Positions 38,095 to 46,492 of a stretch of 64,000 nt of DNA are shown in pieces. Location: IMG/VR virus record IMGVR_UViG_3300045988_110023, positions 26,739 through 90,738 of that record. One strand, 5' to 3'. The notes under the pieces were generated by a model that was given only the letters and a program-made list of their open reading frames with translations, had not been told where the DNA came from and made no database searches. The stretch's first letter is position 1; every line of letters starts with the position of its first letter. Source of the stretch: a virus. Position numbers and translations under genes: made by a program.

Positions 38095-38245
38095 TGGTTT
38101 GGGGCGAAAGAAGCTAAACGAACAGACATCGCCCCAAAGTGTCTACCGCTGTAGACGTAAACAAAATAACTAACAACATGCTCTCACGAGCAAATGAAAC
38201 AAACCTATAACTTTAACCATACCAATATTAATCTTATTTCCAATG

Positions 38246-38491
38246 CTAGCAGATGATCCTATTCTTTTCTACCATCTTTCGAACATCAGAGACCTTATAG
38301 AATATGGTGTTTCGCACCTTATAGTAAGGCAGAACACCCGATTCTCTCAAATCTTTTATGTATTCCTTACTAACACCGCCAAGGTATGCCAGGATAGTCT
38401 TATTGGTCAGGAATTCCTGGTCTACTTCCTTCAACGAGATGATTTTCTCCACCACGTCGATACCGACCTTGCTTCGGTTCTTTCCTACCAT
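38246..38491 (-). CDS. Excisionase-like HTH protein
   Basis: 81 aa. ILAYLGGVSKEYIKDLRESGVLPYYKVRNTIFYKVSDVRKMV resembles the excisionase-family DNA-binding domain. Confidence 0.6.
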   Translation of the reverse strand: MVGKNRSKVGIDVVEKIISLKEVDQEFLTNKTILAYLGGVSKEYIKDLRESGVLPYYKVRNTIFYKVSDVRKMVEKNRIIC

Positions 38492-38495
38492 AGGT

Positions 38496-39266
38496 TTAAT
38501 CTTTAACGGATTCTTTTTCTATAGTAGGTATAATGCCATGTTTCTTTAGCTCATTATACAAGAATAATCTTCCTTTCTGAGTCCACTTTGTGTGCATTAC
38601 TGAACCTACACTACCATCACGGTGAGTGATAGAAACTGTTTCTGACTGAACATAGCCACAAGGGAGATACTTTGCGTAGAGAATCCACTGACCGCCAACT
38701 TTATGCTGAATGCCGAAGTTTCTCAGCAAGATATTGAACGATTTTGCTGATTGACCGTAGTCCTGAGCAATCTGTGTCGTCGTAACGGTCTCCTTGCACG
38801 AAAGGATTGTATCAACATAGCTAACCTTTGGCTGCATCTCGGTGATTGTGGCCGAGAGCTGTACAATCTCTTTATTCTTCGATTCTAGAGCAAGCTGTTG
38901 TTGCTCTATCTTCTCCTGCTGCTTTGCTGCAAGCATAAGGGCCTCAGAGAAAGACTGAGGTACTTGATACTGCTCCAGGTGATTCTTCTTCTCAAGTTCT
39001 TCAAGCTTATTTATGATTTTCTCACGGAGCAAAGCGTCATAGCCGCTCGCCAAAATCAAGCAACCCTTTGGCGTTAGCTCAAACATTGGCCTCACCTCTC
39101 CTTTTTTATCTTTATAACGAACCAATCCAAAGTTGGATCCGTTAACTCCCTGCTCTATCAATGAGCGAATATCACGCATCACATGAGCATGCTTTTTCCC
39201 GGTTATCTCTGCAATTTCGAGAGATGTCATTGTATCGGTTCTTCCGAGTTTTATGATTTCCTCCAT
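38496..39266 (-). CDS. Rha-family regulatory protein fused to a KilAC antirepressor domain
   Basis: The N-terminus TSLEIAEITGKKHAHVMRDIRSLIEQ fits the Phage_pRha pattern. The C-terminus TTTQIAQDYGQSAKSFNILLRNFGIQHKVGGQWILYAKY fits the KilAC/ANT pattern. Confidence 0.8.
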   Translation of the reverse strand: MEEIIKLGRTDTMTSLEIAEITGKKHAHVMRDIRSLIEQGVNGSNFGLVRYKDKKGEVRPMFELTPKGCLILASGYDALLREKIINKLEELEKKNHLEQYQVPQSFSEALMLAAKQQEKIEQQQLALESKNKEIVQLSATITEMQPKVSYVDTILSCKETVTTTQIAQDYGQSAKSFNILLRNFGIQHKVGGQWILYAKYLPCGYVQSETVSITHRDGSVGSVMHTKWTQKGRLFLYNELKKHGIIPTIEKESVKD

Positions 39267-39287
39267 ACTTTAATCTTTTAAAGTTTA

Positions 39288-39509
39288 CTACTCAACCGGA
39301 ACAGCGGTGATAATCGCTGTATGGTTCTTGTAATCTGCCGAGGTTGAGTACTTAAGCACTCCTTTAGGCAAATCTTCGTATTGAGCAAGCTGATAGGCGT
39401 ATGTTACTGCCGACCGAACTGCTTTTGCGGACTCAAGCAGAAAGATTTCAAATTTTCCTGGTTTGATGCCCAATATGTCCTGTTTTGTTATTCTTGCAAC
39501 TTTTTTCAT
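39288..39509 (-). CDS. Hypothetical protein, first gene leftward of the switch region (Cro-position)
   Basis: 73-aa ORF divergent from the repressor-like gene. Confidence 0.6.
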   Translation of the reverse strand: MKKVARITKQDILGIKPGKFEIFLLESAKAVRSAVTYAYQLAQYEDLPKGVLKYSTSADYKNHTAIITAVPVE

Positions 39510-39537
39510 CTTTGTTACTTAAATAATTCATTAAAAA

Positions 39538-39569
39538 TTTGGAGGTATGCGAAAAAAGTCGTATATTTG
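39538..39569 (+). promoter_or_regulatory. Bacteroidota-type promoter candidate directed toward the repressor-like gene
   Basis: TTTG at 39538-39541 and TATATTTG at 39562-39569, with a 20-nt spacer. Confidence 0.5.
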
Positions 39570-39593
39570 CAGTGTCAATGTAAAGTACGTACT

Positions 39594-39710
39594 TTCGGTC
39601 GCACAAGCCTCCGTTTGTAACGGCTTTGTTGGTTACTCGACCGTCAACGAGTGCAAAGGTACAAAAACTTCGGTAAAGCACCTAATGTTTCGGTAAAATA
39701 CTTCGGTATA
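39594..39710. promoter_or_regulatory. Candidate operator repeats (TTCGGT core, four copies)
   Basis: TTCGGT at 39594, TTCGGTAAA at 39669 and 39689, and TTCGGTATA at 39702. All lie in the divergent intergenic region between 39509 (-) and 39769 (+). Confidence 0.4.
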
Positions 39711-39768
39711 TTACAGAATTTTAACGTTTCGAGTCGATTTAGTTGCGTATATAAAACTAAGAAGCATT

Positions 39769-40278
39769 ATGGGAACATTAAATTCGGTACAAGAAAGGTT
39801 AGATTACCTCATCAAGATTAAGAAGATGAGCGAGAATGCCTTCATGAAGGCTACAGGAACAAACAACATCGGCAAGATGAGAAGCGGGAAGCTGTCAATA
39901 TCCGAGGGAACGATTAGTAAAATATGCAATTCTCTTGGGGTTAGCTATAGCTGGCTAAAGTATGGAAGCGGTAGTATGAATGGAAATATGGTAATTCAGC
40001 TAGGCGAAACGCATCAGAAGATAGAAGAGTCCATCAACGAGGCGTTTAAGCACGGCATACCGATGGCGCAGTTGATAAATGCCGGGAACGTTGGTGACAA
40101 TAATCAAAACATAACTACGGGAACGGAACGAGCCAAGGAGCGTGAAGAGGAGTCGTTCAAAGACAAGAATGCCCAGCTCATTCAGATCATCAATGCACAG
40201 AACGAGACTATCAAGTCTAAGGACAGTGAGATTCGTCTTCTCAGGAAGATTCTTGCTGATAACGGAATCGAAGTATAA
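39769..40278 (+). CDS. cI/XRE-like repressor
   Basis: N-terminal HTH (ERLDYLIKIKKMSENAFMKATGTNNIGKMRSGKLSISEGTISKICNSLGVSYSWLKYG). It is transcribed divergently from the antirepressor block. Confidence 0.7.
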   Translation: MGTLNSVQERLDYLIKIKKMSENAFMKATGTNNIGKMRSGKLSISEGTISKICNSLGVSYSWLKYGSGSMNGNMVIQLGETHQKIEESINEAFKHGIPMAQLINAGNVGDNNQNITTGTERAKEREEESFKDKNAQLIQIINAQNETIKSKDSEIRLLRKILADNGIEV

Positions 40279-40298
40279 CATTATAATATATAAGGATT

Positions 40299-41003
40299 AT
40301 GAAGAAGGTATTATTAGCAGCAATGATACTTCTTGCAGGAGCATCATTCACATCATGCAGCAGTAGCGATGATGACGGAACAATTCCTGGAGCAGAGAAG
40401 CCAAACTACAAGATTCACGACAACAATATTGTCGGAGTATGGAGAGGAGGCAACTACTACTTTGTTTCATTCTCGTCTGACAAGCACAACGCTTCTCTTA
40501 TCTCAAACAAGTTTCTTGATGAAGGAGATTATAGCATCAAAGGGGACACGATTACCGTAAGCAACAAGTACTTCGGCAACGAAACGAAATATGTTGTGAA
40601 CAGCTTAAGCTCAAACAAGCTTTCTATGACCATTACATATAACGACAGATGGGAAGGAAAGAAAACAGAAACCATGAGCTTCACCAAGTCTGAAGACGAA
40701 CCATGCACAAAGACTAATGATTTGGTCGGCAAGTCATACTATGCTCAGTATTCAGTAAGTCACGGAAGCCAGCACTGGAACAAGACATTTCTGACATACA
40801 ACACCATATCATGCACGAGAAGCGATGCAGCCAGCTCTACTCCATCCACATTCTACTATGTATATATGAAGCCAACGCTTTACTTCTATGTAATAAGGAG
40901 CAATGAATTCTACTACGATACCGTAAGATGCGGCAGAGTTGAGTTCAATTCAAACAACCAAATTGATGGCATGGGTTCGCTTTATGGTGATAAGCTATAC
41001 TAA
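40299..41003 (+). CDS. Lipoprotein (moron-like, between repressor and integrase)
   Basis: Signal peptide plus lipobox MKKVLLAAMILLAGASFTSCSSSDDD. No family recognised. Confidence 0.8.
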   Translation: MKKVLLAAMILLAGASFTSCSSSDDDGTIPGAEKPNYKIHDNNIVGVWRGGNYYFVSFSSDKHNASLISNKFLDEGDYSIKGDTITVSNKYFGNETKYVVNSLSSNKLSMTITYNDRWEGKKTETMSFTKSEDEPCTKTNDLVGKSYYAQYSVSHGSQHWNKTFLTYNTISCTRSDAASSTPSTFYYVYMKPTLYFYVIRSNEFYYDTVRCGRVEFNSNNQIDGMGSLYGDKLY

Positions 41004-41279
41004 ACGTATTTGTCAGCAATATGCAAGTAACAGAAAATAAGAATTTATAAATAATTGATAATAAGGGACTTATAAAATTAAGATGATTACAGTACAAAAT
41101 TGGGCATCCTAACTATGTAAGTCTCTGTGTATCAGCAATAGTAGTAAAATAACAATCCTTTTATTTTACATAAAAATGCCACAAAAAGGTAATTTAAGGT
41201 AATCTGAGGTTACTTTTTGCAAGTAATATGCAAGTGTGGCTTGCATGTAGATTGAAGGATTACAAAAGAAATCATCGCT

Positions 41280-42449
41280 ATGAAGGTATATGTAGAGTCA
41301 AAGACAAACAAGGTATTTTTCTCAGTAACCCACATGACAAAGAGGTTCTATGTCTATACCGGGTTGCAGACAACCGAGAAGTTCACCGGCATGATGTTTC
41401 CGAAGTCTGATAAGTCAGCAAAAGCGAAGACGAGAAGACTTGCTGAGCTGTATGCCAAGTGTGAGAGCTATGCCCTTGACCATCATGACGAGTCGCCGGA
41501 TATGATGAAGGAACATCTGAAGGAGATCTGTACGGGAGCAAAGAAAGAAGACAAGTCTCCGTTCCTCAGTTTCATGAAGGCATTCGCTGAGACAAGAGAT
41601 AGGCCGAATACCAGGAGAAGCTACGATAGGACATACCGATGCGTAGAGGCATACGACGGTAAGTGCAGTTTCAACACCATAACCAAGGACTGGCTTGAAG
41701 GGTTCATCAGGCATGAGATGGATAAGGGAAGGAAGGCCAATGGTATCTCGAACGACATCACACACATCAAGGCAGTATTCAAGAAGGCCATCGATGATGG
41801 TAAGACGCAGAACTTTCCGTTCCACTATATCAAGCTCAAAAAGGAGGAAACCAGGAAGCGCTGTCTGTCACTGGAGCAGATGAGAGAACTTAGGGATGCC
41901 AAATTACACGGCAAGCAGGCTCTGTACCGCGATTTCTTCATGTTGGGGTTCTACCTCATAGGTATCAATGTTTCGGACCTCCTGACACTAAAGAAGGAGG
42001 ATTTCCACAATGGTAGGATAAGCTACTACCGAAACAAGACAGGTAGATTGTACGACATCAAGGTTGAGCCAGAGGCTATGGAGATAATAAGCAGATACCG
42101 CAGCAGAAAGCCGCAGTACCTGCTCAGGTTCTTCGAAGACGCAGGAACTTTCGACGTGGACCACTTCACGAACAACATGAACCGTACGCTGAGAAGGATT
42201 GGCCCGAAGGATCCTAAGGATATGAGAAAGTCATCACCTCACCCTATCGACAGCAAGATTTCTTCGTACTACAACAGGCATAGCTGGGCGACGTTTGCGT
42301 CAGAGATAGGTATTTCACTCGAAACAATCGGTCGAGCACTGGGACACTCCGTATGGGAGAAGACGGTTACAGCCATCTATGTCAAATACGACAACAAGGC
42401 AGTTGACGAGGCGAACCGAAAAGTCATCGACTATCTGAATAAACAGTAA
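41280..42449 (+). CDS. int: Tyrosine recombinase / phage integrase
   Basis: 389 aa. The C-terminal catalytic region is ...SYYNRHSWATFASEIGISLETIGRALGHS...TAIYVKY (H-x-x-R ... Y). A hairpin CCCGGCGTC/GACGCCGGG follows the stop. Confidence 0.9.
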   Translation: MKVYVESKTNKVFFSVTHMTKRFYVYTGLQTTEKFTGMMFPKSDKSAKAKTRRLAELYAKCESYALDHHDESPDMMKEHLKEICTGAKKEDKSPFLSFMKAFAETRDRPNTRRSYDRTYRCVEAYDGKCSFNTITKDWLEGFIRHEMDKGRKANGISNDITHIKAVFKKAIDDGKTQNFPFHYIKLKKEETRKRCLSLEQMRELRDAKLHGKQALYRDFFMLGFYLIGINVSDLLTLKKEDFHNGRISYYRNKTGRLYDIKVEPEAMEIISRYRSRKPQYLLRFFEDAGTFDVDHFTNNMNRTLRRIGPKDPKDMRKSSPHPIDSKISSYYNRHSWATFASEIGISLETIGRALGHSVWEKTVTAIYVKYDNKAVDEANRKVIDYLNKQ

Positions 42450-42612
42450 AGAAAAACCCGGCGTCGACATAGGGTAAGTGTCAGACGCCGGGAAAGAGAG
42501 TAGCAGCGAAATAGTGCTCTGCCTTAATTCACATACAGCATTCAGATACAAATATACAAAAAAACTGAGATACGCAAGAAATTACTTGTTGTTCATGCTT
42601 TTATTGTATTCG

Positions 42613-43092
42613 TCATTTTTTTCGTTGGATACATTTTTCGAAATCGACTATATTTCGTTGGATACATTTTTCGATATCGGCCATATTTTCCTCGCGAATC
42701 CTCATATGTTCCAATAGGCCACTTGTAGTAAGCTTTCTCTTACAGTAGAGAACCTTAGCCTCCGCTAAGCGGCATTTTTCTCTCCATAAATTCCTGTACA
42801 GGCATACTAAACTAGCATATCTTGAATATTGATGCAGCTGTAAGAGATTATCATTTGCATTCTTCTCTGCCTCCTTCAGCTTCTCCTTTGTCTCTATCAG
42901 CTCTATTTGAAGCTTCTCCTTGCAGCGGAGGATGTAGCAGCATACGGTAGCAAGGAGAGTTATGAAGAAGCAATCAGCAAACATGTTCCAGATTCCAAGA
43001 AAGGCTTCCACAATACAGAAGCATAGCCCGATGACAATGCACACGACAAAGATGTCGATGCGGTCGAAAATCATTTTTAATCTTTCTTTCAT
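42613..43092 (-). CDS. Membrane protein with a coiled-coil tail
   Basis: 159 aa with two N-terminal TM helices. The 3' end carries a 30-nt tandem duplication (EKCIQR twice). Start lies in a TAGCGTATG junction. Confidence 0.6.
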   Translation of the reverse strand: MKERLKMIFDRIDIFVVCIVIGLCFCIVEAFLGIWNMFADCFFITLLATVCCYILRCKEKLQIELIETKEKLKEAEKNANDNLLQLHQYSRYASLVCLYRNLWREKCRLAEAKVLYCKRKLTTSGLLEHMRIREENMADIEKCIQRNIVDFEKCIQRKK

Positions 43093-43095
43093 ACG

Positions 43096-44211
43096 CTACA
43101 AATCGTTTTTATAATCGTTAGAAATAATCCAGGAGCTCATTACAATATTGAATATCAGCAGGAGAACAATGATAGCCCAGTACTGCCCGTCGGTAAGCTC
43201 TATGGTAAGATAATCAAAATCCTCGAAGTTCTTTCTGTGCCATTCCTTTTCTACAATCGGACCGATATACTCGGCGTACTTTTCGAGATTTACAGGATTG
43301 CTCATAAACCAGTCTCTACTCTTAACGCCTACGACCGGGCTATCACACCATGAAAATGCGTTGCACCACTTGACATTCTTGTTTTTGTCAATACCGACGC
43401 ACACGACAAGTTCATTCTTGTTGCCGCCCTGCCAGTATGAGCGCTGCTTTTCAACGATTTCTTCCGGCTTGTTCGTAAAGAACAGGACGAACACCCTAAA
43501 CTGCTTCCGCTCGCCATAGTATCCGTTCAGCCATCTCATCGCCTTCTCCTGATTCTTCGGGATCTTCAGTCCAAGCACAGGGTCCTGGTCATAAAGAACG
43601 ATATCCGGATACTCGAACAGTCCAAGCTTTCGTGCCTGCTGATAATCAATATCCTCAAACTTGAAAATAGAACGTGAGGCTTTCACTTTATTCTTATAAT
43701 CGTGCTCAGAAGATAATGTGTACGAGTTTTCAATGGAACCATCCCACGCCCATTCCTGAGCATCGCCATCCTTAGTGTAGTAATCCCTGTGCATATCAAT
43801 GAACACGCTTTTGGTTCCGAGAATCTTTCTGACTACATTAAACTCGTTGTCGGTCATGAAGTATTCTTCCTTGTTCCTAGCATCAAAATAAGTCCAACGT
43901 TCAGGGTGATTGTCTACGTACGAACAATCGTATGTTTCCGTACGTTGATTCTTTCCGCTTCCAACGGTCCTTGTACACGTGCGGTGTATGTACTCATTCC
44001 AGGCATCGTAATGACGGATTCTTGTAACGTAGCTTCCGAGATACTCCGTGTCAGCAGCATTTGACTGTTTGAACACGAACTCCATGAGGATACCTATGAG
44101 GATGGAAGGAACAATGAGTACTGCGTATTCCCACCAGGTGGTCTGCTTCCTGAAGAAAATCAACAGGAAAGCAGCAACCACGAATGGGATTAGGAATATG
44201 AATATTTCCAT
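43096..44211 (-). CDS. Membrane protein with N- and C-terminal TM helices
   Basis: 371-aa ORF. No family recognised. Confidence 0.7.
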   Translation of the reverse strand: MEIFIFLIPFVVAAFLLIFFRKQTTWWEYAVLIVPSILIGILMEFVFKQSNAADTEYLGSYVTRIRHYDAWNEYIHRTCTRTVGSGKNQRTETYDCSYVDNHPERWTYFDARNKEEYFMTDNEFNVVRKILGTKSVFIDMHRDYYTKDGDAQEWAWDGSIENSYTLSSEHDYKNKVKASRSIFKFEDIDYQQARKLGLFEYPDIVLYDQDPVLGLKIPKNQEKAMRWLNGYYGERKQFRVFVLFFTNKPEEIVEKQRSYWQGGNKNELVVCVGIDKNKNVKWCNAFSWCDSPVVGVKSRDWFMSNPVNLEKYAEYIGPIVEKEWHRKNFEDFDYLTIELTDGQYWAIIVLLLIFNIVMSSWIISNDYKNDL

Positions 44212-44217
44212 AAGCTG

Positions 44218-44763
44218 TTATTTCTTGAACAGGTCTACGTCGTTATCCTCTCCAAGCTGCATGATCATCTTTGTCTTGGATGAGGAGATAACCTTGTATT
44301 CGATAGGTTTGGTGTCAGATATGAACCACTTCGCCGGATATGTCTTCACGAGCGTCTCGTGCTCACGGATGATATCGAGCATTCTCTCCTGTGATGTCTG
44401 AAACTCGGAGCGCTGAATCTCTATGGACTGCATGAGGTCCTTGTAGAGCGAAACGTCGAAGTTAGGATTACTTTCCTTGATCCACTTCATAAGAGAGCCG
44501 TCTCCCTTTGAGTATCTGCCCTCGATAAGTTTCGGATAGATGGACTCGAATGCGGACTTGTACTCATCCGTAACCTGTGCCTTCTGCTGAAGAACCTTCC
44601 ACATCTTGTCGTGAACACCCTCAATCTTGCCACGCTGAGCCTCTGACTGCTGGCGAAGTGAGATTTCCTGGTTGTTGTAATGGAAATAACAACCGATAAC
44701 TGAACCTGCGGCGAGTACTACTATTGCGAGTACTGATGCCAAAATAATGTTTTTTACACTCAT
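44218..44763 (-). CDS. N-terminally anchored protein (LemA-like architecture is only a guess)
   Basis: 181 aa with one N-terminal TM helix followed by a helical domain. Confidence 0.6.
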   Translation of the reverse strand: MSVKNIILASVLAIVVLAAGSVIGCYFHYNNQEISLRQQSEAQRGKIEGVHDKMWKVLQQKAQVTDEYKSAFESIYPKLIEGRYSKGDGSLMKWIKESNPNFDVSLYKDLMQSIEIQRSEFQTSQERMLDIIREHETLVKTYPAKWFISDTKPIEYKVISSSKTKMIMQLGEDNDVDLFKK

Positions 44764-44789
44764 AATGTTTAAAAATTAAAAAAATATAC

Positions 44790-44999
44790 TTAGTCTTTTA
44801 TTTTAAAAATATCAATCAACACAAAAGCACCTAGGAAGAAGAACCAGATGCTCTTCTCTCCGTATGCCCTACTGACGTCAAATCTTACAGTCGGTACTAG
44901 GTAATAAGAACCTTTCAGAATATCGCAACTGAAGGCTATCATTCTCTTTTCGGTTCTGATTTCCAGACGGTCAGTACACTTGTTTAGTCTTATTTTCAT
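44790..44999 (-). CDS. Small hypothetical protein with a C-terminal hydrophobic segment
   Basis: ATG at 44999 (MKIRLNK...) lies 2 nt after the upstream TAA. The longer track ORF (to 45134) overlaps the regulator gene. Confidence 0.45.
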   Translation of the reverse strand: MKIRLNKCTDRLEIRTEKRMIAFSCDILKGSYYLVPTVRFDVSRAYGEKSIWFFFLGAFVLIDIFKIKD

Positions 45000-45003
45000 A
45001 TAC

Positions 45004-45915
45004 TTAATCTTTTTGGTTTGACAACTTGTTATTGAGTCTGATGTAGAAGTCTTCCTCAGACTCTCCGTTCTCCTTGAAGTCGAGATTGTTTTCCTCAACG
45101 AAGTCAAGAATAGCCCAGACGCTCTTCCTGCCAAGATTCCTGAGCTTCATAAGCTCTGACCTTCCCCGGAGATTACGAACCAAGTCGCCTACGGTATATA
45201 CGTCGAAGCCTTTGAGTGCATTCAGGATGCGGACAGAGAAGCCACAGTCCTTTAAATCCCTGGAAAGGATCAGCGGAGGAAGAACTGCGCTACTGACAGG
45301 CTTGTCTCCTTTCGCGCGCCGGTATTCGTCGAAGCTTACCTGTAGCGACTTGATTACCTTCTGTAGGCGCTCAACCTCATACTGCAAGGTTCTGTTCGTT
45401 GAGAGCTCAGCAATGGCAATATCCTCATTGTAGGTGAGTTTGTTGCAAGTCTTTTCTGCTATCTGCCTGATTCTCGTTGCAGACACGCCGTACTTGATTG
45501 ACAGCTCGTCATAGGTCATTCCGTTAATTATGTCCTTCAGAAGACTGGACTCACGATAGGTAAGATTCGGTAATACACCAAGATGCGACATTGTATTGAT
45601 TACACCGAACAGCATGCCTACGGCGTTTGCAGCCAGCTTGCCGTTTGCGGTAGCTCTGTCTCTCAGCTCAGTGAGCTCTACGTTGATTGCGCGCTTGTGA
45701 TACTCGACTTCCTTGAGCTTCTCGTCAATCATCTTCTCGTTTGCTGCAATCATCTTGTATTTCTGAGCATATTTCTCGATATCCTCGCTGTTGACATAGA
45801 GGATGCCGTGTTCGCCTACGTAGCTTCCAAGGATGCCTTCCTTGATGTAGTTGCTGATAGTCTGCCTTGATACTCCCAGTATCAAGGCAGCTTTGTTTCT
45901 TGTTATTCTTGCCAT
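45004..45915 (-). CDS. Multi-domain transcription regulator: N-terminal HTH, sigma70-region-4/LuxR-like HTH, and an RNA polymerase alpha-subunit CTD-like domain
   Basis: The domains are AALILGVSRQTISNYIKEG, then LTYRESSLLKDIINGMTYDELSIKYGVSATRIRQIA, then FSVRILNALKGFDVYTVGDLVRNLRGRSELMKLRNLGRKSVWAILDFV. The last parallels E. coli alpha-CTD [20 protein letters not shown]...LLKTPNLGKKSLTEIKDVL. Confidence 0.75.
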   Translation of the reverse strand: MARITRNKAALILGVSRQTISNYIKEGILGSYVGEHGILYVNSEDIEKYAQKYKMIAANEKMIDEKLKEVEYHKRAINVELTELRDRATANGKLAANAVGMLFGVINTMSHLGVLPNLTYRESSLLKDIINGMTYDELSIKYGVSATRIRQIAEKTCNKLTYNEDIAIAELSTNRTLQYEVERLQKVIKSLQVSFDEYRRAKGDKPVSSAVLPPLILSRDLKDCGFSVRILNALKGFDVYTVGDLVRNLRGRSELMKLRNLGRKSVWAILDFVEENNLDFKENGESEEDFYIRLNNKLSNQKD

Positions 45916-45926
45916 AGAACTAATGT

Positions 45927-46367
45927 TTAACGTCTTTTATCTTCAATATTACACTTGCTGCAAAGCTCCTCGAAGACCTGCTCTGCGTGGTCCGTAACGG
46001 AGTTGAACATGATGTTCTCGCCATCCTTCTTGCGCCACACGACATCTACTCTTCTCAGGCGCTTCTTCTGCTCCAGGAATAGTTTTTTCAACTCGGGGTA
46101 GTTAGCACCATCCTTAATCTCTCTAAGGTTATTGAGACTTCTGAGCATCTTGTTGTTGGTGAATATCACCACAGACCCTCCGTCCGGAATAGAGCAGGCG
46201 ACCGACACTATAGTCAGCAGCTCCATCTTGTAGGCAATGGTATTTACCTGTGCCTTCGACGAGATTTTATACGTATCCTTCCCTTTAAGGATGATATAGG
46301 CCCCGCCTGTGGCCGAGCCATCGTAGTTTCCTACAGCCTTTACATAGGCTACATAATTGTTCTCCAT
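45927..46367 (-). CDS. RNase H-like fold protein (tentative)
   Basis: 146 aa. NYDGSATGGAYIIL, YKMELLTIV, VVIFTNNK and SVTDHAEQ align by eye with RNase HI TDGS..GGYGAIL, NRMELMA, ILSTDSQ and CDELA. The third acidic residue appears to be replaced by N. Confidence 0.4.
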   Translation of the reverse strand: MENNYVAYVKAVGNYDGSATGGAYIILKGKDTYKISSKAQVNTIAYKMELLTIVSVACSIPDGGSVVIFTNNKMLRSLNNLREIKDGANYPELKKLFLEQKKRLRRVDVVWRKKDGENIMFNSVTDHAEQVFEELCSKCNIEDKRR

Positions 46368-46492
46368 AATTTCCTCTACTAAATTATTATTTTTCTTTTT
46401 TTTCCCACACGCACGCTAGTATACTAGAAGCTATTCTATAAGACTACCACTAACTAATAGTGTGAAAACGTCAAAAACAGAAACACTAGCAT

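Noticed and set aside
44790-45134. Full-length 114-aa ORF overlapping the 3' end of the regulator gene
   Set aside because: The N-terminal 45 codons overlap 45004-45915 in another frame and are Ser/Thr/Arg-rich. An internal ATG at 44999, just after the regulator's stop, gives a plausible 69-aa product.
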